Shown: positions 25,857 through 38,420 of the stretch, piece by piece
How positions within the stretch are numbered: the stretch's first letter is position 1
Layout of the letters: every line of letters starts with the position of its first letter
Source of the DNA: Octopus sinensis
Taxonomy: Eukaryota
DNA length: 47,459 nt
Direction of reading: 5' to 3'
Assembly (NCBI RefSeq): GCF_006345805.1
Contig: NW_021834535.1
Span: forward strand, 1-47,459
The notes under the pieces: generated by a model
Told to the model about the DNA's origin: nothing
The model's input: only the letters and a program-made list of their open reading frames with translations
The model's database searches: none
Position numbers and translations under genes: made by a program

Positions 25857-26816
25857 GTAATAATTTTTGTGATAATACTGGAAATTGTCTCAAATATCAA
25901 TCGAAATATATGCGTGCGCCTACGCTCCTGTGTTTATATTTGCGATGTGCGCTTGTGTGTTTGGGTTTGTGTTGGAATACGAGCTGAGGCCAATGTTTGC
26001 TCTTACATGTGAGTGCGTGAGGTTTTGTGCTTTCAAACCTGTGTGGGTGCTATGAAGCGGGTCTGTCTGGTGTTGCGTATTTGTAAATATATGGGTCTAT
26101 CGATCCGTCTTCCGACTGAAATAATAAACAGCCGGACTTGCCTCATATTTTACGTAGATCATTCACACACACTGGCACGTGCAAATATATGCATATCTAC
26201 AGATCCACAAAGATACCTATACATACAAACTCGCACACACACAGGCACACACACATTCACATGCGCGAGCGCCTCGCACACACAAAGTTAGATGAAGAGA
26301 GATACAGAAAGAGAGAGAGAGAGAGAAATAGAGAGCGCGATGCACCTACATAACTCAAAAAGTAGCCATCTCTCTTCCCCCTATCTCTCTCTATCTCTCT
26401 CTATGTGTACATATGTATATATATACATACATACATACATACACACACAATTATATATATATATATATATATGTACATATGTGTACATATATGTACATAT
26501 ATGTACATATATATACATATATACATATGTGTATATTTATATATATCTATATATTTATATATATCATATATATACTTATATGTATATATATATGTATGTG
26601 TGTATCTATATGTATGTATGTGTGTATGTATATATATATAGAGAGATGTAGCCAGAATATAACTACTAAACGACGAACAAAGTTAAGGAAAAAAAGCAAC
26701 GGTACAAAACGATGTCGCGGTGCAAGTGAATTCCTCTATGTATGGTTGTGTGCGTGTATGTGTGTGTGTGAAAGTATGTTTGTGTGTATATTTTCACACA
26801 CACACAAACACACACG

Positions 26817-26854
<38 letters not shown>

Positions 26855-27182
26855 AATATATATACATTTATCTTTGTATATGTGGATATAAAATGGTGGT
26901 CTGCTGTTCGTTTGATGTGTATTATCTTCCAGACATTTTTCTGATATCTCTTTAATAAACTAATCAAATTTTTCCCCAACCTTTAAAACAAATTCAACGT
27001 GAAAAATTTCATGTGGTGGTTGTGTAGCCCAATCTCCTACAATGAATGCTCATATCATTTTGTAGGGGAAGATAACGGGAAGAAAGAAAAATATAAGAAA
27101 ACACACGGGGAAAAATAATCAGAAAAAAAAAACTCGTCTGATTTTATTTTGTTTGAAGGATTCCAACAATAATAACAATAAT

Positions 27183-27275
<93 letters not shown>

Positions 27276-27455
27276 TATTATTATTATTATTATTATTATT
27301 GTTTTCGAACGAAAACAAATCACAGACAGTTATATAATCATTGTTGTTTTATTTGTTGTTATTGCTGCTGTTGTTGTTATGCTTATTATTACTTTTAATA
27401 TTATCAATTTATTAGTATTAAATATCATAATTACAATCATCATTATCATTATTAA

Positions 27456-27770
27456 AGGCGGTGAGCTGGCAGACTACGCCGGATGTAAGACTTAGCGGCA
27501 TTTCCTCTGGTTTAAGTTTTGAGTTCAAATTCCGCCGAAGTCTTCTGAGTTTGTCATCGTTTTACACAAACGTATGTGTGATCGACAAGCCTTACCCTCA
27601 AAATTTCAGGCTTTGTGCCTATAGTAGAAAGAAATATCATAATTATAATCATCCTCATCATCATTATTACGGAAGCAAACTGGAAGAAAACGCCGGGCTA
27701 AATGCTTGGCAGCATTTCTTCCGTCTTACCATTCTATGTTAAAATATTGCCAAGGTCGACCTTGCATTGG
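27456..27770 (+). mobile_element. Two adjacent diverged SINE family A copies (27456-27630, 27670-27770)
   Basis: Family A head and tail motifs. Confidence 0.75.
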
Positions 27771-27822
<52 letters not shown>

Positions 27823-27825
<3 letters not shown>

Positions 27826-28395
27826 TTTTGGCTCTTGTTTTGTATTTGTGCAAATTGAAACAAAGTCTCACCCAAAGTCCTCAAGAGACAACAAGTTAGA
27901 AGTTCGAGTTGGTGTTATGACTACGGTGCCATATATTTTGTTTTGCACTGAGTATTGTTCCATAGATTGCCTGTCAAAACATAAATAAATAAATAAAAAG
28001 TTTGTTTTAAAAGTAATTTGTTTGTAAGATGAGAGTCTGATGTTAAGATGACAGTAAAAGGTATTTGCTATTATTTACATTTAAAAGTATTTTGATACTG
28101 TTTGCGGATTAAAATGTTTTGGGGATTACACAGACAATATATTTCGTAGGATATGTGAAGTACCCATGAGTGCTATTTTTTAAAAGTTTTTCCATTTTAT
28201 GATTCCCTGGTATCTGAGCCAGGTAGTAATCAGCACCTTTTGCTATCATTCCTAGGGCACATATCGCAACAGGTATTGTCTTAGTCTTGAGGTTCCACAT
28301 TTTGTCAATTCCTATTACAAGATTTTTATACTTGCTCAGATTTTGGTAGGTCTTGACAGATACATTTATGTCGATTGGGACAGTCATATCGATGA
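27823..28395 (-). mobile_element. 5'-truncated R4/Dong-like element (REL C-terminus plus 3' UTR) ending in (TAA)n
   Basis: MTVPIDINVSVKTYQNLSKYKNLVIGIDKMWNLKTKTIPVAICALGMIAKG...(frameshift) KIALMGTSHILRNILSV*, stop at 28126-28128. The UTR abuts the TAT array at 27770-27822. Confidence 0.85.
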
Positions 28396-28729
28396 GTTGG
28401 CATGATTTTTGTATATATAATATTTGGCCTTTTCGTATCTACCTTTCTGTCAGTTTGAACGGCGAAGTTCCAAAGGTGTGAGATGTAGTCATTTCAAGCA
28501 CTGGAGGTGGTTTGTGTTCCCAACAGCTTTTTTATCAATGGGCAGGTCTAAGTCTCTGCAACTACCCAATGAATATACTGTGTCTGTTGAGACACATACA
28601 GACAACATGATTTATGGTTTCATTTTATTTATCGTCATTTTGGACTGCAAAGACAATTACCTGGCACTTTCTATCGTCCTTTGTCTCCTACAACTAAATC
28701 AGGTTTTATTATTCTTATCATTATGTTCA

Positions 28730-29160
28730 TGCAGCGAGTCGGGAAAAATGCTTAGCGGCATTTCGTCCGTCTTTACATTCTGAGTTCAAATTCCGTCGGG
28801 GTTGAATTTGTCTCTCATGCTTTCGAGGTTGATAAATTGAGTAACAGTTGAGTATTGGGGTCGATGTAATCGACTATCCCCTTTCCCCCAAAATTTCAGG
28901 CCTCTGCATGGTTATATAAAAGGGATTGTTGTTATGATTATTATCATTATGTTCAGGTGGTGATCTGGCAGAATCGTTAGCACGCCGGGCGAAAATCTTA
29001 GCGGCATTTTCTCCGTCCTTACGTTCTGAGATCAAATTCCACCGAGTTCGATTTTTCGTCCTTCCGAAGTCGATAAATTATATACCAAGCTGATTTTAAT
29101 GACGTTACCTCTCCCCAGGACCTGCAGGATTTGTGCAAAAATTTGAGACATCATATTATT
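28730..29160 (+). mobile_element. Two tandem SINE family A copies (28730-28930, 28955-29160)
   Basis: Family A motifs. The second has an intact head ggtggtgatctggcagaatcgttagcacgccgggcgaaa. Confidence 0.85.
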
Positions 29161-29741
29161 CCAAGGAAGAAATGTACTATTTTTTGTTGGTTTTTTTCTT
29201 GTTTTGTTGTTGAGATTAATGTTTTCATTTTAAAAAATGAACAAAATTTCATTAAGAAGTCATATCTTTGGCCATTCCATAAGAAATTTTATCTTTGTAT
29301 GGGGTGGCTTTGAAATACATTTTTTATCTTCTTCTTCTTCCAACTATCGTTTAAATTCATAGATTCTTTTTGTATATTTTATTTTTATTCCCGTTGTTGT
29401 TGCTGATGTTTGTGTTATTTACAATATTTTCTTGTCTGCAAATAAAAAAAAACTTTCCATAGAAAAAATATTTTGCATTTCTGATTTTTTTTTTTTACAA
29501 ATTTTTGTTTATTTCTTGAAAGATAATATATAATAAAAAGACGTAATAGAGAAAAAATATACAAAAAACAATAAGCATAAATATATTTTCACTACTTATC
29601 TTTTCTTTTAGGTTTTGACAATGAAACTATGTGTGATAAATATTAACAAAACGAAAACTTATATAATTAAACGCAGGACTGAACAATACATATCCAAAGA
29701 CATAAGTAAACACTCGACGAGGATATGCAAGTGTATATATA

Positions 29742-29789
<48 letters not shown>

Positions 29790-31095
29790 GCATATATATA
29801 TATATATACGTATGTAGCTATATATATATAAAATCATATACATACATATGCATATATATATATATGTGTGTGTGTGTGTGTATTTATATATTATATGTAT
29901 TTATGTATATATATATATATATATATATTATATACGTGTTTGTGTGAAAGTATTTGTATAATTAATGTATATATATACATATATACACATATACAAATAT
30001 ATATGCGTGTGTCTGTATTTATGTATATATGTATATTTATGCATGTATATATATATATATAACATATACGTTTATCTATACTAAAATGTACGAAGGAAAC
30101 AATATATTTCTAAAAAGAAAAGAAAACAATAGACAAATGAGGACAACTAAAATTAAAACAATAAAGAAGACGACAAAAAATTGCAAAACAAAAAAAAATT
30201 ATTTTCTTTTAATCATTATTATTCAAAGACGACGAAGTTATTCCACAAAATTCAGAAAATCTTTAAATCTTGGTTTATATTCCCTGCATCAAGGGGATAT
30301 TTTGTAACAATATCAAAACGATTCTGTCTGGCCTCGATACCGGGATTTTTGTTTTATGATATCATAACTTTTTACGACGTCCTAGCTTCTTTATTCAAGA
30401 TGAATTCCTCATAGACAATATCTTCTTCTATTGTTTATTATTTGCTAAACTATTAAAGAAAAACCTGTCACAATCACGCACACATACGGGCAGACACACA
30501 TACATATATATGTATACATATATATATTTTTTCATGTATTCATGTATACATATAAATACACATATATTCATACATATAGAACTGTATACATCCACATATA
30601 TATGCATGTATGTATATATATTTGTCTATAAATATTTATATATATTTATGAATATGTGTGTGTGTGTGTGCATGTGTGTGTGCATGTGTGTGTGCATGTG
30701 TGTGTCTATACATGTATGTATATGTGTCCTCAGTCTAGGCGAAAGGACACTTACGAATAGTGAAATAAGATCGAATAAACTTCATCGATTTTGCCTCCAT
30801 GACTTTTATGTCATCGTAGTGACGATTATTTATTTATTTTTATTATTTACATATTTTTATTGTTTATTAATTTTTGTTTTACGAGTGAGTCTCGTCGTCA
30901 CCAAAGAAATGTTCTCTACACATAATAAAACCAGCCGAAACATATATACCTATACATATACATACATAAATACATACATATATACATATATAGGGAGTCA
31001 GAGAAAGGCAGAATGCCACTTAAATCTGAACACTACTATAGAAATATTCTTTTAAAAAACTTTTCTTCTAATTTTTCTAAATTTAATTATTTAAT

Positions 31096-31143
31096 CGTTA
31101 TAGTTGAAAAGGTCTCAAAATGACCGAAACCGGTACTGAAATG
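31096..31143 (+). ncRNA. Minimal type-I hammerhead ribozyme-like motif (U3-A8 variant)
   Basis: cgttatag-UUGAAAA-GGUC(ucaaaau)GACC-GAAA-CCGG-UA-ctgaaatg. Stem I has 7 of 8 pairs, stem II has 4 bp, and helix III is the palindrome ACCGGU. Confidence 0.5.
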
Positions 31144-31783
31144 TTCACTATAAAATTATTTTAGCATTTTCTATTTTTGACTTTTCTTTTCATATATATA
31201 TATATATATATATGTAATGATTCAAGGCATCACGTGTGAGCAAGTTAAAGACTTACCAATAAGTATACAAATATATAGATAAATAAATAATCCAACAAAC
31301 AAATATATAAACATACAAATAAAGAAAGAAATATGAAAAAAAAATACAATTATAAATAAAAAATACACTGTAACGTATTTAGCAACACAAAGTGACGACA
31401 ACACGTTGAGGTCCAGCATAGTTATTAATTACCAAATTATAATTAATCACAGCCGAGAAATTTTCGAATTAAAAGATTTTGCTTATGAGACCTCCGTGCT
31501 TTTGTACTTACCACAATTTTTTTTTTTTTCGTATTTTTTTTTTTTTTTTTGTGTTTGAGTAAAATAGATTTTCTTCAAAATTCTATTTTCGGATTACCTA
31601 GTCTTTAAGTCTTGTACTAAAATTGTTGTTTTAACCTTTCAGAAATAATAAATAAAAATATAGACTAAAGATCAAACGCAAAAACTGATATTTTAGGTCC
31701 ATACTATTATTATTATTATTATTATTATTAATTTTATTATTATTATTTATTATTATTATTATTTTTATTATTATTATTATTAA

Positions 31784-31820
<37 letters not shown>

Positions 31821-32524
31821 TTTATTTTTATTATTATTATTAATTTTATTATTATTATTTTTATTATCATCATTCATCATCATCATCATATCATCATCAT
31901 CATCATCAGCATCATCATCATCATCATCATCATCATCATTCATCATTATTATTATTATTACTACTACTACTATATATTTATTTCTACTACTATATTATTA
32001 GTATTATTATTACTACTGATATTTTAGGTTCATATATTATTATTATTATTATTATTGTTGTTGTTGTTGTTGTTGTTGTTATTGTTATTATTACTGTTGT
32101 TGCTTTTGTTGTTGTATTTTGTTGTTGTTACTTCGAGCTATCTTTGGTAAATATTTTAAACAGCTTATAGAATTTTAATGCAAGATTGCCAATATTTATT
32201 TTATTCATCTACTTTGTAAGGTTTCAAAGAGAGAAAATATTAAAACAGAAGAAAAAAAAAAGAAAGGAACGAAGAAAAATAAATATTCTAGAGGTAAAAA
32301 GAAAATAATGTAATAAAATAAAAATTTTAAATGAAAATAAAAATGAAAAATAAAAAGTAATAAATGAATGACTAAATGGTGACCAGACATTTAAAAACTG
32401 ATAAAATAAAAAATAAAAATTAAGATAAATAAGAATCTTTTGTTTATTTGGTAATTAAAAAAAAGACGACAATAATAGCAATCCTCAAGAAAATCAGGAA
32501 TTTTTGTAATCGGTGTTTTTCCGA

Positions 32525-33055
32525 CTAATCACCACCACCACCAACACGAGAACCACCACCACCAGGACCACCACAACCACCACCACCACCACCACCAGAA
32601 CCATCAGCCCCGCTACCACCACTAGAATAAACCACCACCACCACCAGAACCATCACCACCGCTACCACTACTAGAATAAACCACCACAACCAGAACCACT
32701 ACCACCACCACTAGAACCATCACCACCAGAACCATCACCACCGCTACCACCACCACCACCAGAACCACCACCACCACTAGAACCATCACCACCAGAACCA
32801 TTACCACCGCTACCACCACCAGAATAAACCACCACCTCCAGAACCACCAGAACCACCACTACCACCACCACCAGAACCATTACCACCGCTACCACAACCA
32901 GAATCACCACCACCACCACCAGAACCACCACCACCACCGCGACAAACACCACCACCACCAACAACAAACCCCACCACCACCAACACCTCAACAAACACCA
33001 TCACCACCACCACCACCTCACCAAACGCCACCACTACTCTCCACAACCACTCACT
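32525..33055. repeat. ACC-based compound minisatellite with recurring accagaaccatcaccaccgctaccacc and agaataaacc motifs
   Basis: Direct observation. Confidence 0.9.
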
Positions 33056-33540
33056 GTCATTTCCCGATCATAGAATTTAATCGCAAATAATACCCTGTTT
33101 ATTTGTTTCAGTCGCTAATTTTATTTATCATTTCATGAATAAATCTTTTATAACTTTTCATCGCTGTATCACGTTGATACCTCGACGAATTCACTTCCAC
33201 TATCACCAAACAGATTCTTACTATATAGTGATAACACTTATCAGTCTACATATTGTTCCGTGTGCATCGTATCACGCTGGGATATTTTCCTACGTTGCCA
33301 TAAGTAATTATTGTATTCTATCTCTGAGGTGCAGTCATGTCAGTGTGTTTAAAAAGCTTGCTTTCCAACCATGTGTACTTGCGTTCGGTTCCAGGGCGTT
33401 AAACCTTGGGCAGGTGTCTTTTACTACAGTCCCGTTCCGACCAAGACATTATGAGTGGATGTGGTACAAAGGATCACACACACACAAACATATATATATA
33501 TATAATATATATATATATTATATATATATATATATATATA

Positions 33541-33589
<49 letters not shown>

Positions 33590-33592
33590 TAT

Positions 33593-33769
33593 AGGAGTGG
33601 TTGAGCGGAAGTAGCTGGCTTACCAACCACATATTTCCGGGTTCAGTTCCACTGCGAGGCACCTTGGGCAAGTGTCTTCTACTATAGTCTCGGGCCGATC
33701 AAACCCTTTTCAGTCGATTTTGTAGATGGAAACTGAAGGAAGCTTGTGGTATATATATATATATATAGT

Positions 33770-33808
<39 letters not shown>

Positions 33809-33908
33809 ACGTGTGCGTGTCTGTGTTTGTGCCGCCACCGTCGCTTGACAACCGATGCTGCTGTGTTTACGTCCCCATAACTAAGCGGTTCGATAAAAGC
33901 ACCCGATA
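33593..33908 (+). mobile_element. SINE family B, 3'-truncated, with internal (TA)n(TG)n
   Basis: Family B head and middle. It abuts an inverted family C head fragment at 33909-33946. Confidence 0.88.
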
Positions 33909-34231
33909 GAGTCCGCTGCTCTAACCACTAGGCCATGTGCTTCCACGTAATTTAATAAGAAACTATTGAAAAATTTAACAAAAGCAATTTAACGTAGAAC
34001 AATTAAAAGGAAAATATTTTGCCTCATAGGCGTATGAATGCCCATGTGTAGAAGACTAATTAGCAAAAATCTTCTGAAAATTCCAAACAATTAAGAAGTT
34101 ATGAAGGGTTATATAATGTGCTGAAAGCAGAATTTCGCCTCCCATTTCTATGTATATATATAATATATATATATATGTTTAGGTACGAGTGTATGTTCTC
34201 AAACATGCACACACAAACATACACACACACA

Positions 34232-34298
<67 letters not shown>

Positions 34299-34300
34299 AA

Positions 34301-34450
34301 CACGTTCTCAGTTCAAATTCCGCCGAGGTCAACTTTGCCTTTCATCCTTTCGGGGTCGATAATTTAAGTACCAGCTACGTACTGAGGTCAATGTAATCGA
34401 CTGGCCCCCTACCCCCAAATTTCGGACCTTGTGCCTAGAGTAGAAAAGAA
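34301..34450 (+). mobile_element. SINE family A, 5'-truncated
   Basis: acgttctcagttcaaattccgccgagg...gtgcctagagtagaaaagaata. Confidence 0.9.
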
Positions 34451-34469
34451 TATATATAAACGTGGGTGT

Positions 34470-34517
<48 letters not shown>

Positions 34518-34804
34518 TGTGTGCGTGCATGTGTGCTCGCGCATTTGTGTGTGTACATTAATATAATATATGTGTATGATACGTGTTTAATGCTTGGGTT
34601 TTAAATGTACCACCGTTTGGAGAACCGACTGGAGCACTGTCCCTGATAAGGTCATTCATGCAGCGATTGACATACATCTGTATCGCATATACGTGGGTAA
34701 GAAACTGCCCCTTCTTCCGATTTATAGACAGACAGGTAGATAGCTTTGGTAAAGCTACCATCTGTCACTACAACTAGAGAGATGTGTTATACAAGCGTTT
34801 ATAA

Positions 34805-35210
<406 letters not shown>

Positions 35211-35941
35211 GGAGATGTGTGTATGTCTGTGTGAGCGTGTGCGCGTCTGTGTGCGCTTTATATACATGCATAAGAATACATGAATACTTTTACAAGCATA
35301 CACATACACACACATATATATATAAACATGCACACACGTAGAGAGATAGAGAGACAGACAGAGAGAAAGAGAGCGATGAATACCATGACTAACTATAGAA
35401 TTCTCCTCGCACAGTCTAACCCAGCACTCCAGGCAATGAATGTATTTGTGTGTTTCTTGAGCACCCATTCCAAAAAAAAATGTTTGGGAGTGTCTCAACA
35501 CCCACGTAACACAGAGCAGGTCTCTCTATTATTGGAATAGCTTATGCATTTAGTAACAAACTCAGCATTCTTCCAACGGAGATATTTTTATCTCTGGAAT
35601 TTGAAATTATACTGCAGAAGTTACACAAGATTATTATTTATTATTGGTGTTTGTGTTTGTTTGTTTTTTGGGTTTTCTTTTATAAAAACTGTTCCAAGTC
35701 TCACTCAGGGAGCTCAAGTAACGAGATGTTAAGTTTACTGGGCGTATTACGTATGATTAATGGGGTCGATCTAATCGATTAGTCCCCTCTTCCAAATTTG
35801 AAACCTTGTACTTATAATAGAAAAGAATATTATTATTATTATTATTATTGTTGTTGTTGTTGTTGTTGTTTTTGTTGTTGTTGCTATTGACTATTCCCCA
35901 AATTTCAAGCCTTGTACCTCCACTACAAATTATTATTATTA

Positions 35942-35982
<41 letters not shown>

Positions 35983-35984
35983 GA

Positions 35985-36526
35985 GTGAGAGAGCAGTGCA
36001 TACCATCAATGTGACACTGGGGTAGAATATACGAAGCCCAGTATACCCATCATGACTACCTGTGTGATAAGGGTACACCAGGCACATGCATCACAGCCAT
36101 ATGTGCGCGGCATGGTGATTCCATATCAAGACAGCGCATGACCTTGCAGGTGAGGCCCAGGTAGAATTTTCTTCTGGTTGAGTAGCCCATCCCGCTCAAA
36201 AGGTCTCTGAATAAGTTTTTCTTAAGGATGATGAACGAAACACTTTCCAGAGTGAATTATCCAAACCTCCAAGAATTCCTTTCAGCACACGGCTATGGTG
36301 CTCCCCCACTACTTCTGTTTGTGATCAGAGACGCATATATCGTCATCCACTAAGGGACACGGTCAAATGGTTAAGGTCAAACAACTGACAAGCAAATCTG
36401 TGGTATTGAGCAGAATATTTGCTGTAGCCCATCTTTTATACCAAGACAAAACAATGTACATGATAACACTTGCAATCAGTTAAGATCAGAAGCCATGAGA
36501 GCCACTGCCTGGTACTGCATCAGGAC
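35985..36526 (-). mobile_element. About 540-bp non-coding element flanked by (TAT)n on both sides; likely non-autonomous retroposon or LINE UTR
   Basis: GC-richer block with sharp boundaries and no ORF. On the minus strand it ends ...ctctctcactc running into TAA repeats. Confidence 0.55.
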
Positions 36527-36603
<77 letters not shown>

Positions 36604-36675
36604 TCATCTTTATTATTATTATTATTATTATTATTGGTATCATTATTATTATCATCATCCTCATTATTATTATTA

Positions 36676-36708
<33 letters not shown>

Positions 36709-36731
36709 CATCATCCTCATTATTATTATTA

Positions 36732-36779
<48 letters not shown>

Positions 36780-36782
<3 letters not shown>

Positions 36783-36900
36783 TATGTTTGACTTTTGCTT
36801 TATATTTGTACAAGTTGGCTCCAAGTCTCACCCAGAGACCTCAAGAGACAACAGGGTTGGAAGTTCATGTTGTTGTTATGCCTAGTATGCCATATATTTG
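36780..36900 (-). mobile_element. Dong-like 3' UTR end abutting (TAA)n
   Basis: Homologous to 27823-27940 (aagtctcaccca.ag.cctcaagagacaaca...gccatatattt). Confidence 0.75.
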
Positions 36901-37012
36901 GGGGGTGGGGATGTTGTACTAATGAATGTCTAAAAAAAAAGGTTTTTTTTTTTTTTATTTAAACCGAAAATTATGGTTGTTTAAACCTTGAGGTTACATA
37001 GAGGTTACATAG

Positions 37013-37050
<38 letters not shown>

Positions 37051-37133
37051 CATCTTTATTATTATTATTATTGGTATCATTATTATTATCATCATGCTCA
37101 TTATTATTATTATTATCATTATTGTTATTTTTA

Positions 37134-37176
<43 letters not shown>

Positions 37177-37234
37177 CATTATTATTATTATCATCTTTAT
37201 TATTATTATTAGTATCATTGTTATTATCATCATC

Positions 37235-37270
<36 letters not shown>

Positions 37271-37280
37271 GTTATTTTTA

Positions 37281-37315
<35 letters not shown>

Positions 37316-37559
37316 GACGTGGGGTCCACCGGACGCTTGCTGCTGGAAGGTCTATCAAAAATCCTTTTCCGGACACTGTATTTTGTGTTTCGGGTCAGCC
37401 TTTCTGCAGAAGCATTATGAGCACAACAACAACCATCCAACTCTCTCTCTCCTTTATTCCGACATAATGTGTCTACAACGAAATTATCTAATTTCTCTTC
37501 TACTCTTATTGAATGTTGCTGTTGTTGTTACTGTTGCTGCTGTGGTTGTTGTTGTATAA

Positions 37560-38420
37560 ATCTTCGTCAGCCCTGATCAAACAGGCTTAAGATCAATCAC
37601 ATTCTGGTGTTCAATAGTCAATCATTAATTCAGATTTAATCAACCTGGGTGAACATTATTTAACTTGTCTTTTCTTATTGTTGTTGAAGTCTTTGTCACC
37701 TCTGATCAAACAGACCCATGATCAAAAGCGTTCCAGCAATGACCATTCCATCTTTTATTCAGATATAATAATATTCAGGACTACTATATCTAATGTATCC
37801 TTTCTTGGTGGACTTTAGCTACATGTCAGGTCTGAGCAAATAGACACTTGTTCAAAGACGTTCCAGCCTTGCCCATCCCATTTTTTATTCAGATATAATT
37901 AGTCTAGAAGTTCAACATCAAAAACATATTTATTCAGATATAATAATATTCAGGACTACTATATCTAATGTATCCTTTCTTGGTGGACTTTAGCTACATG
38001 TCAGGTCTGAGCAAATAGACACTTGTTCAAAGACGTTCCAGCCTTGCCCATCCCATTTTTTATTCAGATATAATTAGTCTAGAAGTTCAACATCAAAAAC
38101 ATATTTTCTTGGTTTATTTGAACTACATGTCAGGTCTGAGCAAATAGATACTTGTTCAAAGACGTTCCAGCCTTGCCCATCCCATTTTTTATTCAGATAT
38201 AATGTGTCTAGAAGTTCAACATCAAAAACATATTTTCTTGGTTTATTTTAACTACATGTCAGCTCTGAGCGAATAGACACCTGCTCAAAGACGTTCCAGC
38301 GATGTCCATCCCATCTTTTATTCAGATATAATATATGTATAGAAGTACGACATCTAACGTATATTTTCTTCTTTGAGTTTAACTACGTCTCAGCCTGGTC
38401 GAAAGGATTTATGCTCAATC
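37560..38420 (+). repeat. Tandem repeat array of about 118-bp units (about 7 copies) containing a recent 175-bp duplication
   Basis: Recurring gtctgagcaaatagacacttgttcaaagacgttccagcc...ttttattcagatataat. 37754-37928 is repeated at 37929-38103. Confidence 0.9.

Noticed and set aside
32622-33046. Gly-rich and Val-rich minus ORFs
   Set aside because: Translation of a GGT-based minisatellite, with no splice signals or unique coding flank, unlike the 19572-20236 block.
37560-38420. CRISPR-like or prokaryotic system reading of the regular repeats
   Set aside because: The units are contiguous ~118-bp tandem copies with no unique spacers and no cas genes, in a eukaryotic context.
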